This document shows, in pieces, positions 1 through 14,422 of a stretch of DNA of 64,000 nt. The notes beneath the pieces were generated by a model. It did no database searches, had not been told where the DNA came from, and was given only the letters and a program-made list of their open reading frames with translations. Within the stretch, counting starts at the first letter, position 1. The number at the start of each line of letters is the position of its first letter. The stretch is from Paragordius varius. Lineage: Eukaryota; Animalia; Nematomorpha. The stretch lies in assembly GCA_964247055.1 (NCBI GenBank), contig OZ176051.1:11284001-11348000 (forward strand), in the 5' to 3' direction. The translations under genes were made by a program, and so were the position numbers.

Positions 1-1
1 T

Positions 2-469
2 GAATTAGAGGATACGCTAGTCAACAAAACATTAGCAATCCCCCAAAACACAATTTGGTTCTCCTATCCCATACATACTGGCTTTGTCACGTTTTGTTTT
101 GGTATGAGTGATGATATAAAAGCCATAGCCTCGAGATCTTTAAATAACACCCTATATTTGCATTATTTAAATGGACATCAACTCAGGTTAGAGGATGAAA
201 AATGTAAAAATTGCTCTCTTTGGTATGTTCGATTGTTTCCTCTTTGTGTTACATCTACGCAATCCTTTATCCATACGCAATATATTGTGGCTGATATTTT
301 AGGCGATACGTATTCTTCCATCCATGAGATAAGAAAAAAATATAAAAAACTTTATGGTGAAAAAATCACATTCATATCCATGCACGATATATGTTCCAAC
401 AGAACATCGATAGGAGATATGATTTTGGCTTATAGGGATGATTTGAAGCAAAGGATCAGAAATAATTGA
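2..469 (+). CDS. 3' part (probable terminal exon) of an unidentified protein-coding gene entering from outside the window
   Basis: The frame of ORF 104-469 is open from base 2 (ELEDTLVNKTLAIPQNTIWFSYPIHTGFVTFCFGMSDD...KQRIRNN*): 155 codons, GC-richer than flanks, followed by AT-rich sequence with AATAAA near 535. No family recognised. Confidence 0.55.
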   Translation, partial: ELEDTLVNKTLAIPQNTIWFSYPIHTGFVTFCFGMSDDIKAIASRSLNNTLYLHYLNGHQLRLEDEKCKNCSLWYVRLFPLCVTSTQSFIHTQYIVADILGDTYSSIHEIRKKYKKLYGEKITFISMHDICSNRTSIGDMILAYRDDLKQRIRNN

Positions 470-1392
470 TCTACATCATTATTACAATATGAATCATGCA
501 AATGTGTATTTTAATATATTGAATGACTTTTTAAATAAAAATAAATTTTTATAGATTTTTTATATTTTCATCTGGGGTCAACACAAATCCCTCTGTAGGC
601 CCCGGTAGTATTATAAATGGCCTGTTACATAAATTGTAACAAATGTACATAAATGAATATTTTCATAAAGTTTAAACAGAATGAAAACAGGAAGTGATTT
701 ATCGAAATCTTAAAACAATCGGTATAGTTGGAAAAGATATTTTCATAATATATTTAGATTGTAAGAAAATTATTGTTAGAATCTCCCATAATTATCTTAA
801 TTTTGGTAATTATTTCATTGCATTGGTAGATAAGATTTGCCCCTATTTCAAAATCAATAAAAAATGAGATCTAGTTTACTTTCCGGTTTTGATTAATTTT
901 GAAACAAGCTTAAAATGATAATTCTTAAAATATAGAAATAATTGTTACCGAACAATAAAGGCTGTTATAACAAAAATTTAGAATTCTACATGAATTAAAC
1001 AGTGGTAACAAAATATTTTAAGTAAAACAATAAAAATTAGATTTGTAAAAAGCACATCAAATTATAAAAGTTAGAATTATTTTTTGCAGCTGTACTAAAT
1101 ATTTTAGAGGGCCCTGTGCCCGCTGGTTACATGTTGGACATACCCCAAATGAGATTTTACATTGTCTCTATTTTGGGTATTTATTTGGTTTTTGGTCATA
1201 AATTAATCGTTTGAAAAAAATAATCAATATTACAATATGGATTAATAAGGTGTGATTGATATTGCCTTAAACAGATTTGGTATAATCAAAGATACATAGT
1301 TTTATTGAACCCAGCTATGTATGATAGATAACTATTCTTTGAAGGAATGTGTAATGCATAATATTTATGATTATTTAATAATCTTTCAAAAT

Positions 1393-2857
1393 TTACGAAC
1401 AATATTCGTAAACTCCTTTAATTTGCAATTTTCCTTGTCTTGATTTATAAAAAATGGAAGCCATCGGTCCATTGTTGCCACAGTGCAAATCGACCAAAAA
1501 ACCGTTAGGTACGAATCGATCAAAATTTGGGTGAAATAGTGATGTAATATTAATTTGAACTCCTGATACGTTTTGTACGATGCCGACCTAATAAGAACAT
1601 ATATGTGCAAAACAGAGTTTAAATATTGTAGTATGCATATTTATGTTTGCCAATTCACATGATTACGCAATTTTTATCCTTTCTTATAATAATATTAATT
1701 ATGTTTATTCTATGGACAAAGTTATATATAAAATACATATTATATATGCTACTGTATTATCAATTGGCCAAAATAAATGTCTATACTGTATTTTATATTT
1801 TAACTCTTTCCAGTAGCGTATGGCATAAAACATTATTAGTCCATAAAAGAATAAAAAATGTTTTTTAAAAAAAACAACCCTAGTTGTGTATACACATATC
1901 CATAATATCCCCTTGTTTTTTAAAAACATTTTTTTATTCTTTTATGGACTAATATCGTTTTATGCCATACGCTTCTGTATACCTTTTTACCCTGGCATAA
2001 ATTTTCAACCGATAATGAAATTTTAAAATGGATAAAGTTATTTGAAAATATTTTTATATATTAAATTAAACTGTTACGAATATTTATGGACGGATTTTGC
2101 ATATAATTTTAGTAATATTTGTTTACTTTTAAATTTAATTTTTTTTGGTAATAATAGAAAAGCTAATTACCATCTAATTTTTATATTTAATAAATTTTAT
2201 ATGACTGATTTTATAAAAAAAAATTAACTGAATAGATAATATTTTTGTAAATTGAGCTCTCTGCCAAAAATATAAATTAGAGATAATTGCTGTTACCCTT
2301 TCATGCGGCAAAACGCTAAATTTAGTGATTTCGGCTGTTAAATCCATGATTGTAATATTGCATATTCCATGTGATACATATCGTTTCATTTGAAATGCAA
2401 ACTAAACAAATTTTTTATGAAAATACATGATATTAAAATAGTTGATATGCATAATTCGAAATTATTTCTATAGACCCTTTTTATATATTTCTACAGCAAT
2501 CAACCAATATAATGAATATCTAATAAAAAAATTTATGAATTTTATAATCCAAATCTCTAGACATTATCTTAATAAATTATTAAATTCATTCAAGAAGTTT
2601 TCTAAATCGAAAACCAATAGTACATATAATTTTTTAACTAAATCATTTTGATATTTATATAAGCCTAACTTACGTAAGTGTCATTAGAGATGTAAAAAGG
2701 AACTCTCATTGGAAGTTCCAATATGCTTTTTAACTCAATGAATTCCTCAAACAAATCATAATACTCAAAATCCTCATCTTCTCTTTCTTCCAAGTTCCCA
2801 TTTATGATTATTGCTATTTCCCGAGGCGTATTAGGGATTGGATGTAACGGAATTTTT
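1393..2857 (-). CDS. Last three exons of an unidentified spliced gene (2857-2674, 2401-2297, 1587-1393)
   Basis: Canonical AG/GT boundaries with consistent phases (2/0/0) join into KIPLHPIPNTPREIAIIINGNLEEREDEDFEYYDLFEEF...NDTY-FAFQMKRYVSHG...LPHER-VGIVQNVSG...GVYEYCS*. No family recognised. Confidence 0.62.
1811..1977. mobile_element. Small palindromic MITE-like element (CAGT...CTG ends, about 65-bp arms), in an intron of the minus-strand gene
   Basis: cagtagcgtatggcataaaac..ttagtccataaaagaataaaaaatg is mirrored by catttttttattcttttatggactaa..gttttatgccatacgcttctg. TA follows on the right side only. Confidence 0.6.
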
Positions 2858-3064
2858 CTAAACACACACGATAACATTTACAATGAATTGAGAAAGTTTT
2901 TAATAAATTATTTAAACTACTAATCAACTGAAAACATTGATGATGCTATTAGACATAAAAATCAATTCATATATTAGTAGTCAGTATATATTTTGGTATC
3001 GATAAATAATGACTCTAACTATTTCCGAATTGTAATGAGAAATATAAATCAAACTCATTTAACG

Positions 3065-3480
3065 CTTACACTAGACAACAAATTTTTTATAAGTTCCATT
3101 AAATTTAAAATTTATTTCATGAAAATAAAGATAGCTGAAAAATGGATTACACTTGAGAATTTTTTTTAGTATTAATCAAATATTTTTATCCATTTAAAAA
3201 CTCGAAATTTTCTTTTATATATATATAATATTTTATATCATTTGAAGCGCAAAAGAGTTATGAATGGTAGATAGTCATTAAAATCAATATAATGTAAAAA
3301 AATTGGCTTTATATGGTCACAGTAAAACATACATTCGAATAAAATTAAACTTTGAAAAGCTTTTGGTTCAATAAAAATCATTATTAAAATTTATTTATAT
3401 AGTGGATACTGAAATGCATGTAACTGTAACTTTTGGTTAAAAAAGATCAAGAATGCATTAATTTTATATCTAACTTTTAA
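3065..3480 (+). repeat. Dispersed repeat family, copy 1 (starts CACTAGACAACAAATTTT)
   Basis: Collinear diverged direct copy at about 12620-13120 (shared cactagacaacaaatttt, aactcgaaatt, tatatcatt.gaa..gcgcaaaa, aaagctttt.ggt). Opposite terminus not found, so superfamily unassigned. Confidence 0.55.
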
Positions 3481-4509
3481 ATATTGATAAGATGGTGATT
3501 AAAAAAATAAAAAATTAAAATGGCTATTTTAAAAGACAATAAGCAATAAATTACACTTTTAATCAAAAAAAATTTTTCTGTTGCCATCTCAAAGTTTGCA
3601 TTTAAAAAATATATTTATTTACAAAAACGCTCTCGCTTCGCGGGTTTGCCGCTTTCTATCTCCAATATAACATTTCATGACCTTTTGGGGTAGTTTTATA
3701 TAGCAGAGTGCAAGATTTAAATATTTAAAAAGCTTTAGGTTTTAGGTCAAATAAATATGCTTTCTCTAGCCCATGCATGATACAAATCTTTTTTTTAAAA
3801 AAATCGTAAAACCTCATCTTAAACTTTTTCGCCGCCATTTTTTTTAAATCGCTAATAATAGGCAAAATGCATATAATGGTTAGAAAATGTAAATAATTAA
3901 CTTTACTAACTTTTTTGCATTTTACCAGCAATAACTTTTATTGATTTGTTTTCAATCGTATTTGAAACTGTCTCAATTTTAAACTCTAAGTCATAAAAAA
4001 TAAGTTTGAATTTTAATTTAACTTTCATAGTTTATTTACAAAACTTATCTCCAGTCTATAAAGATATTCCAATATGTCATCGTGGACAAAGTAAAAAGGT
4101 CATAAAGTGTCAAATATAGATGTAAAACAATATGAATTTTAGAATTTTATGACTTTTTTTATTATGATTTGTTGTATATTTTCGAGGAAAAATTTTATTT
4201 TTGAAATTTAGATAATGAGGATGCATAATTATAAAAAATTAAACTATAAATTCTTGGGTAAAATAATAATTTTTATTATTTACTTTAAAAATGATAGTAA
4301 ATATCAGAAAATGCACAAAACTCGAGTGGCAGAAAATTTTTTTGTGTTATGTGCTCAAAGCGGGCAGTGATGATGAGTGAATGTACATTTCAGATTAAAT
4401 TCGAAATGGCATTTTATAAAATGTCCCCAAATATTATCTAATTTTACTAGGTATAAAAGGTGTAAAAATGTCTTGAGATTTAAATAAAAATGATAAAAGT
4501 ATAAATTGC

Positions 4510-7500
4510 CTGATATAATGGAAATATGTGGGCGATAAACGTATTACCATATTGTAAAAGCCAGCATTTTCAATCATTTGACAAAGATAGCGTTCATACA
4601 TATATACAACTATAAAAATAAATAATATATAATATTGGCGAATTCGGGATTCCATTTATTTAAAAACACAGCATAGAGAGTTTAAAATCTCTTAAATGGA
4701 GCAAAGAAAACGATACAAACTAAAAAGGCTAATACTGGCCATCGCTAGTTCAATTATTAAAAATATCCCCCCACAAGCTATATAATTTCTTAAAAAGTGT
4801 TGGTTTATTTTTCAGATAAAATATTTATTAATATAAAATTGTGATGCCGAGCAAACTATTCCAAACGATCTCCATTCGACTAATAGAAAACTATATTTAT
4901 TATATGAAACAAAGCTTGTGCGGATATTACAGATCATAATTTGGCTAGTCTCTAAAAATGCTTTATGTGAAGACTTAAGAATGAGTATTTAAATACATTA
5001 ATGCCTTTTACTCAATATGTCAATAAGTTTAACCAAAATATTTACAATCAATTTGTTTAGACTTTTTCGTTGATTACTCTTCTGCATTTCGGCAAAAAAA
5101 ATATTTGACTTCTGAAATCCCATGTTTATTTGAAAAATTTAGCCAACGAAATAGACCTCTAAATTTGAGACATTATATAAATTTGTTAGTGGGATTTGTT
5201 TACCTTTTAAAATATTTTTATTCTATATTTTATAAAACAAACATTCAAATTGTTTCATTGTGATTATTGTGTATTTATATTTATTTGGTTTTGATAAATT
5301 ATATCTTTATTATTTAACATGGCGATTAGAAGCAGAACTTCCGCCATGAATAAGTCGACTAGGGATTTTAGAAATATTATGTTTGGAACACCACTTTAAC
5401 AAAAAATTCGGAGGTTGAAAAAGAAGTTAGTAAATTAATTTGGCGATCGGTATAAATCATATGGCAAAACTCAAAGTTTTAATAAATTTGTTGAGTAGTA
5501 TATCTTTAAAAGAATTGATAACTGCTGGAAAAAACTTTTCACTAGAAATAAAAGATTCCACAACAATTGGATAGAATGTATTCATGCTAAGCGGCTGTTG
5601 GCGGATGAAACTATAGTTAATTTAGCACGTCTCATAAAATTGGCATTGTTAGCTGATGTAAATGATGAAAATAAAATTTTTAAAAAATTCGAGACCGAAT
5701 GTTAATATGAAGGAACTTGGCCGTCATTAAAAGTAATTTAGCGATGGAGAATAACCAACGAAAACTTAACTTTCAAAATTGTTGAAAACCTGGTAATATG
5801 TTTGGATTAAAGCCACGAAAATATTAATCATATGTGATAGATGAAGTAAGAAATATTTATAATCTTCCGAAAGAAAATAATAATGACTTTTCTAAAAGTA
5901 ATAGAAAATATGAAAATACATATGGAGGTCTTATTTTTTTAAAAACAAAGTTTGGCGGTCTGTTATTTACCCATGCAGTGTTTGCGGCTGTTTTTCATAA
6001 TTTTTTTAGTCGAGGACATTTTAAATCAAAATTTAAGAACCTTCAGGGATTGTCATAAAAATTTTATACTAAATGATAATGTATATAGCGCTACTATAAA
6101 TATATATAATTAATTTAGTACAGGGCTATCTTTGATTAACCAGAAGATCTATTATCAAATAGGAAGCCGAAAATTATTTGAATCTGTAGAGTCTACCGAT
6201 TATTATAATAATTAACGTATTGGTAAAACTTATGTAAATGTCAAAATAAATTAACTAGAAATCTATGTTGGTTGCGGATGATTTACAGTCAGCACTTGTA
6301 TTTAGTCTCCCTTGGATTAAAGCATTCAAACTGAAATTACCGAAAAATGTAAGAGTTAATCACATTTAAGTATTTAATATCAAAAAAGTTAAAAGTTTGT
6401 TCCCTAAATTATTTTCTAATAATTTGCCTTGCATCAAAAGCGAACCTATATCTTTGCACAAAAATGGGAGTGTTGCTCCAAAATGATATCCAGTCAGGAA
6501 TACCTCTACTTTATAATCTACTAAAAAAGGATTGAGATTTGAACAACTGGATTTTAAAGTTGATCATTCAGTTGAAATAGAATGGGCTACAAACAAGACG
6601 GTTGGGTACGCTTTGTGGCAAATTTAGGTTCTCAATTGAGTATAGAGAAGGTTTGAACTATATCTTAGATTAGCGGTGGAAATTTTCTCACTATTATTGT
6701 TCGGGATTAACGAATAATATTGAATATGAGTATTAATGTAAGCAGTTCTTGAGTCAGTTAACCAAATCAGAGTTTGGCTTTCGGATTCAAATGCCCCCGG
6801 AAAGTGATATCCTAAAGCTACTTTAGAGAAGGTCAATATATTAAAAATTTGATGTATTTTAACGTATATATATTATAATCTCGCACTATGAGACTTTAAA
6901 ACAAGTTTAGACTTAATAACTTATGTTTTAAGCTTAAAGATAAGGTTAATTTGCAAAGGCCTCTGTTGCATATTTGGGATTTGGAATTGATAAAATAATT
7001 CTATCGAACATATCACAAAATGGCTATAAATTCGGGAATTCCTCGAAGTAACTGAAAATTTTTCAGGAATGGTAGTATTTTCATTGAAATTTTCCTATCC
7101 GCAATCATCTTCAATTATTGAGTCAATTAGGGAAATCAAGAATAACAAATTTAAAAAATAAATAGATTACTACAAAAATGTGTTCAACAATAATAAGAAT
7201 ACAATTATTTATGGTATTGAAGCTGTTAATTAATTAATGAGAAATAATTTCCTATTGGTTATATATCTCTCACATTGTCTACAACTGAGCAAGCCTATTC
7301 CTTTATATATAAAGAAGCCTTGTCCATAGTATGGCTGTTAATAAATTTTATATCTATTTATATCGTAAATATTTTACCAATAGAACAGATCATAAACCTA
7401 TAGAAAGAATTTTCAGTAAAAAAGAGACTTGTCAAAAGTCACTACTGGACCTTCATTGAATACGATTTTAATATAAAATATCGACCGAGAATCCAAAACT

Positions 7501-9337
7501 GTATCGCATTTATCTAGGATAACCATTCCGGAAGAAGTTCGAGCGCCCGATACTGAAAAAATTATTTGAAATATCATTTTGTTATCTGAATTGGTCGAAA
7601 TCGAGATGGAAATGAGAACATACCCTAGCTTAAGTCAATTTCTTAAATTCTTTGCTTCAAAGAGGGAGGTCATTATCCTCAATATAGTAATTCCTAAAAG
7701 AATAAAGAAAGAGGTTTTAAGTATTTCCATAAGGGCCACCCGGGAATAAGTATGAAGCCTTTAACAAAAAATTTAGTCTGGTTAATTCAATAAATTATGA
7801 CATTGTAGAAAAAGCGAAATCCTGTGTAGTTTGCCAAATGAATTGTGATAGTAGATAGCTTGCGATAATTATTCGGAAATCTCTCCTTGAAATTAAATTT
7901 ATATCGAGATAACAGGTCTAATGGCCGGAGCTAATGGCTATTTTGTGTAGACCTTTTCTCAAAATGGCGTTAATTGTTTTTCTTAGCAAGGTTACATCCT
8001 CAACTGTTATAAATAGTTACAATATTATTGGTCGGTTAGAAACTATCTATTTCATTAGTTTCTAATGATTTACAATCTTCTTTGTAAAGAGTTTGTTTAA
8101 AACTAAACATTAAGCATATTTTTACGACTTCTTACCACACTCAAGCTCACGGGGTAAGGGAAAACACAATTCGGAACACAATAAAGAAAGAAAATCGGCC
8201 TGAAAGAACAGCTGGAAACCCTAAAAACCTAGCAATATTAAACGTTTAATCGGCCCATCGCCAGACGTATAATTTGTCGGACAAGGAATGCGAAAGTTTT
8301 TTTGGGCTGGGAGCTCAGAGGTATAATGAATTTAAATCATTTTTTGATCCGGAAGAGATCTGTAGATTTCGTTAAAAAATATCATCCGAAGCAAGCTCAA
8401 TAGATTCGGAATGAAAAGACCAGAGGTTGGCGAAAATAAGTATTTGTTCGCCAGACATCGCCCCTTGGGTTTTCGATGGTCGCAAAAAATATGACCATCG
8501 CTGAGCGATCTGTTTTGAAACGTTTAGTGGGATTGTGTTTGGTTAATAATATTTTTATTCGATATTTTTGAAATAGAACAAAATTCGAATTCTTTTATTG
8601 TTTATATTGTGAACAATAATAAATAAATATTATGTAATTACGTTTGTTTCCAGTGTATAGATAATCTATGAAATAAATATACATATTATATTCAAATATA
8701 TCATGTTGTGTAAGTGTTAAAAATAAGAATATTTAGGGATGGTTAAGATAAAAAGGCAAAAAATCAATTGAATAAAATGGATTTAAGTAAATACTATGCC
8801 ATTAAATGACTAGTATTGCTTAGCAAAACTACCTAGTAATTATTTACCTAATAAATGAGTAAAAAATGTTTAAATATAGAAATTAATGGGATAATTTGTG
8901 AGATTTTATAGGAATGGAAAAAATAATTTTTTGAGTTTAATAAAATATAAACAGCTCTGAAACAAGAAACCTATCTAAATCATAATACCGGTTCAAAAAT
9001 TATACTTTTGTAACCGCTTTTATCTAAAAATGAAGCCAGATGACGTTTTGTTTAGTATTTTGTGGTAATCAAGAATATATTTTTTATTCGTTGAGATACG
9101 GACCTTTGGATAACCTATATGGGTGAAATTAGCAATTTTTGCAAAAAATTACTTATAGATAGATCTTTTTGAAAAAATTATGCAAATATTGATTAATTTG
9201 GAATTGGTGATTAGTGGTGTTTTTTATGCATATTAAAGGCATGTTACAGGATAGGATTAATTGTTCATTAAATTGCATCCTAATTTTCAATAATTAATAT
9301 TGAATACTCATCAGCATTTGATAAAATATATCCACCG

Positions 9338-9368
<31 letters not shown>

Positions 9369-12300
9369 TATATATACTAGCGTAAATCTCGTGCTGCGCA
9401 GCAGCACGAGGAAGTCCTTCGGAATACTGAGGGGGAGGGGCTATTCGAAATAAGGGACAATAAAATGATCCACATATGTGGATTATTTCGAAACATTATT
9501 TAAATATGATTTTATAGGAATTTTAAAACGGTGCATTCATACTAATATACTGTTTATTTGGGGGGGAAATAGATTTAAAAAATTATTTTTGTGGATTTTG
9601 GTTTTTGAAAATAATGGCATTTTACGGGGGGAGCGGGTAAAAGAGGGCCTAAATTAAAAAAGGGAAACGACTATGTTCGGCGCAATCGAATATAAGTAAA
9701 CAAAAATCATATTGAAAATAATGATCCAATACGTTCTCCAGAAAATTGTCTCAAAGACACGATTTTTGTGGACTTCTTTTTTCAAAAAAAACGTTTTCAC
9801 ACGGGGTGGGCCCGAACTGGGGGCCTATTTCAAAAAAAGGGCGAAGCTATTGTCGGGGCATTCATTAATGATTATATTTTTTCGAAGTTTGGATTTGAAT
9901 GGGTGTACCGGTTTTCCGGAAACAGATCACAAAGTTACATGATGAATCAGTTTTTTAGCGGGTAGCTCCTTACCCAGCAGCTATCATCAAAGAAACGCTT
10001 GACTAAAATTTTGACTTTTAACAGGGAATACGTGGAATCCATATTGAATTTTTACAGTTTCATAACTTGGGCAAATAAATACAATCAAAAAATTATTTTT
10101 GTAGACTTTGTTTTTTAAAAAAATAGGATTTTACGGGGGGAGCGGGTAAAAAGAGGGCCTAAATCAAAAAAGCGAGACGACTATGTTCGGCGCAATCGAA
10201 AATAAGTAAACAAATATCATATTTAAAATTAAATGGTCCAACACGTTCTCCAGAAAATTGTTTCAAAGACATGATTTTTGTGGACTTCTGTTTTCAAAAA
10301 AACCCGTGGGTAGCGGGTAAAAAGGGGGTTTAAATTGCAAAAGTGCTATGTTCTGCGTGATCAAAAATAAGTAAATAAAAATCATATTTGAAATTTAATG
10401 GTCCAACACGTTCTCCGGAAAATTGAACCCGTTTTTCACACGGGGTGGGCCCGAACTGGGGGCCTATTTCAAAAAAAGGGCGAAGCTATTGTCGGGGCAT
10501 TCATTAATGATTATATTTTTTCGATATTTGCATTTGATTGGGTTCACCGGTTTTCCGGAAACAGATCACAAAGTTACAGAATCAGTTTTTAGCGGGTAGC
10601 TCCTTACCCAGCAGCTATTATCAAAGAAACGCTTGACTAAAATTTTGACATATCAGGGAATACGTGGAATCCATATTAAATTTTTACGGTCTCATACCTA
10701 GGGCGAAAAATAGATTAAAAAAATTATTTTTGTAGACTTTGTTTTTTGAAAAAAATCGCATTTTACGGGGGGAGCGGGTAAAAAGAGGGCCCAAATTAAA
10801 AAAGCGAAACGACTATGTTCGGCGCAATCGAATATAAGTAAACAAAAATCATATTTGAAAATGAATGATCCAATACATTCTCCAGAAAATTGTCTCAAAG
10901 ACACGATTTTTGTGGATTTTTTTTAAAAAAAACGCGTTTTTAACACGGGGTGGGTTCGAACTGGGGGCCTTTTTCAAAAAAAGGGCGAAGCTATTGTCGG
11001 GGCATTAATTAATGATTATATTTTTTCGATGTTTGGATTTAAATGGGTCTACCGGTTTCCTGTACCAGATCACAAAGCCAGCATTTTACATTTCTATAAA
11101 AATATAGATATCAGTCTTGGATTGCTAAAATATGCCATTAAGGTAAAGTTATTACGGCTATTTTACATCGGTAGTAGTTCCACCGCGGCAATTTCATTAT
11201 TTAAAATTCAATTCTCTCTATTAAATCTAATCATTTTTCCAATTATTTAGGTTTAAATTAGGTTTGACTATGGCGATAGTTATCTTAACATCTCAAATAT
11301 ATCCAATTTTAAACTTTGTATTAATTACATTATCTTCTTTTGTCGCTTGGTTTTATTAAATCAATTTAAATATAGAAATCCGAAGTTTTCCATCCTAATA
11401 ATTGTAAAAAACTACTAATTAATTATTTTTGTTTTATTTTTTTCATTTTTAGCATTAAATACATACAAATAAAGATTCAAAAGGTCATTTTTTGGGGTCT
11501 GTATTTAAGTTCTTTTAACATATATTAATAAAAAAAATTTCAAAAAAGTACATGAAAATTTGGTAGAAACAAAGTAGCTTTACTATATAGTAACCTTGAA
11601 CAGTATATAGGTAGGTTGAATAATTTTATTCAAATTCTATTTCTAGTAAATACTTTCCACGTAAGTAGTAACTACTGTTAGCTAAAATATTTTAGTTAAT
11701 TGATATCAATAGTAAATACTTATTATGGTAAATCTAGGTAGTAAATGCATAAGTATTTTATGTAATCGAAACCAAGTAAATACTACCTGGTTTTAACATT
11801 GACTTGGTTTTATTCAACCCCGACCCTTTATATCTTAATTAAAAGAATTAACCCTGTTGAGACATTATTCAACTACTATGTAATCTTGAAATATTGTCTT
11901 ACTTGGATTGGGTGAGCAATCCTTTAATATCAAATACACGGGGTTAATTTCTGACATGTTTATAGCCATTAGGTTGTTGGTATGATATAAGATGCCACTT
12001 AAATACTTGATTCTTAAGTCTGGTATAATGGTAGCAAATATCCTGTCATCATAAAATTCCAACACTTTTAACCGCTGTTCCGGATTTTGAATTAGTCGTA
12101 TCTAGTTTAAATAGAATTATATAAATATTCAACAGTAATTCATAGTAGTATAAAATGGTGTTGTGATAATAAAAAAATCCATACTTATAAAATCAGTAAT
12201 TATGGTTATAAATTTTACTATCTTCATGACCATGTAATCGCTTTCGCTTACTCTTGGAGAAATAATTTTTTAATTTAAAAATAAAATTGTATTTGAACTA

Positions 12301-14422
12301 GAAATTCATGTGATTTTTTTCAAAGTCAAGCGTTACAGAATCAAACTATATAAAAAATATAATTAAGAAATTTTATAAGTGCAACAGGCAAAGTCATTTT
12401 TGTAGGAACAATTTCAAATGAATGCCCGTCTCACTTAGTACCTATCAAGCCTTATTTTCTAAAAAAGCAAACTTTTAACACTTCATTATCTTTTTTTATT
12501 TAAAGACGGTTACAATCATGGGTATTTTTATGTGCCAGACGTGAAAATTATTATGCTTAAATTTAAATATTTAATAATAGAAAAAAAGGTGTATTGTTTA
12601 CAATTTTCTAACTTCTTTAATAACACTAGACAACAAATTTTAACTTTTTTTAACTGCCATTCTTGTAAATTTATTTATTTCATTAAAGTACATTATTAGT
12701 ATATCTGAAAAGAAAATAGGTCTAGCATTCAAGAATTTTTTAATATTAAAGTTTATCAATAATTTTTGGCCCCGATTTAACATTAAACTCGAAATTGAAA
12801 ATTAAAAGTTTTCGATATGAAGCCATGTATTTTATATCATTCGAAAGAGCGCAAAAAACTGCATCTTTTAAATGGTAGTAAGACATTTAAATCAATCGGA
12901 TGTAAAAGTTATTTGGATTCAAATGGTTGAAATTTATCCTTAAATAAGTCAAGAATTTTCACAGACATAATTTGAGAATCATATAATTTATTTTAATATA
13001 TATATTAGGGTTACATTAGTATTTAATTTAAAAAAATGTTTGAAAAAGCTTTTGGTCTTTATGTTAAATGTGCTTTTGTGTTAGAATAAACCCGCTATTT
13101 TGTAAAAATGCTTAAAACGCGGGTCGAAGCAGATTGATATATGGAACTTTTTTTCTAATACTATAATGAAATATTTTGACTTATATAAACAATTTTTATT
13201 TTACGATAGAAGAATTCAAATGTCACTTTCAGCAGTTTTAAGGTCAAGGGTCGCTAGTTATCTCAATTTAAATCAGCGTGTTATTAAAAAATTGGGATAG
13301 CTCCAAAACCCGATATGAGCAAACAGCTGATTAAAAAATAATATTGAATCTTAAAATTAAATTAAATTGTCACATTTTAACCATAATATATACCATTCTT
13401 CAAAACCCTGAAACAAATCAAATTTACCCTTGACAATTCGAATTCACCCTCAAATAAAATATATCTTTTTTAAGATTAATATTTATATATTTTCAAAAAA
13501 TAAAATGTTTTATAATTAAAATACTGAAAAAATAATAAACTATGCCATAAAGATATACAGTATGCATTTTAATGTATGTTAAGTATTATTGCCAGTCAAA
13601 TAACATAAATGGTTAATCAAATGCGTAAAATACTGCTCCACAATTATTTAATAGTACACATTGGAATTAACATAAGCTTAATTTAATGGATATTTTGTAT
13701 AAATTTTGAGAATATTATAGGAATATATGTTAACATTTGAATTTATTGTTGATACGTATCTAGATGCGGAATTTTGTGGGTTTATCTTTAATAAATTAAT
13801 ATATATTAGAATAGGTTTAAGATTATTTATGTAATTATTCCTATTATATTTAATAATTAATATTTTTCACCATGATAAATTGTAATTATCAAAATTATTA
13901 TTATTTTATATGGTTGTTATTACTAATTAAAAAAACACAGGTAAATATATATTGGTTTGAAAATTGAAGTAGATTTTAGAGTGTATTTGTTTTTTAGGTT
14001 ATGCATTGTTAATTAATTAGATACTTTTGTTTTTTATGTTTTGCATTGTTAATTATTAATAATTTTTAAGTATTTCATCTAAATTTCTTAAAAACATCAT
14101 AATTACGCCACAAAAGGCAATGATGAATGCGTTAAATTATTTGCCTTAGAATTTAATCAAATGTGTTGGATGGATATTCCTTTTAATATAAACAATTTAT
14201 TTTTCCAAATTTTATTAGCCATTATCAAGCTTTATTATATATTTCCCATTATTTATTTTGGTAAAATTTGAGCTAACCATTCTGATTTCATCTCCATTCG
14301 ATGTTGGGGAACCATACATTGAATAGTTAAAACAATAATGATGATTTAGAAATTGAGATATATTGTTGAGTCCATATTGAAGGCCCGTTTCGAATGTTGA
14401 AGTCCCACATATTAGATTCATG
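4510..14422 (-). CDS. Candidate upstream exons of the same minus-strand gene (14422-14278, 12101-11903, 4609-4510)
   Basis: Each is an open, GC-richer block bounded by AG and GT, or by AG|GC at 4510. Phases chain correctly into the 2857 exon. Rests on phase consistency only. Confidence 0.35.
6400..8500 (+). mobile_element. Heavily decayed Ty3/Gypsy pol remnant (RT-RNase H-integrase)
   Basis: Frameshifted motifs: EWAT near 6580, TDHKP near 7385 (RNase H), HKGHPGISMK...W...I..KAKSCVVCQ at 7730-7840 (integrase zinc finger), VD.FSKW near 7950. Confidence 0.8.
9377..11108 (-). mobile_element. Non-autonomous Helitron with internal tandem duplications
   Basis: On the minus strand it starts A|TCTATATTTTTATAGAAATG (11108). 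It ends with a perfect 10-bp-stem hairpin (9388-9410), 7 nt, then CTAG|T (9377-9380). No TSD. Internal blocks recur, e.g. about 630 bp apart at 9955 and 10585. Confidence 0.85.
12620..13120 (+). repeat. Dispersed repeat family, copy 2 (CACTAGACAAC start)
   Basis: Homologous to 3065-3480. Confidence 0.55.
13391..13570 (+). mobile_element. Partial TACC-family MITE (left arm only)
   Basis: TA|TACCATT start, degenerate ttcaaattcaccc 21-mers and an interior shared with 30199 and 31289. Right terminus not seen. Confidence 0.6.

Noticed and set aside
1400-1490. CGNNGPM...IKGV as a trypsin GDSGGP-like motif
   Set aside because: No catalytic Ser and no His/Asp motifs upstream; probably chance.
5300-6100. 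GC-richer block, possibly a decayed transposase (similar block at 24000-24750)
   Set aside because: No diagnostic motif or termini could be read.
6624-6836. 70-aa minus-strand ORF as an exon
   Set aside because: It is antisense to the decayed Gypsy RT.
9712-11250. Repeated ORFs (HTGWARTGGLFQKKGEAIVG...), also at 28871 and 44418
   Set aside because: They arise from Helitron internal repeats, vary in frame between copies and show no Rep/helicase motifs.
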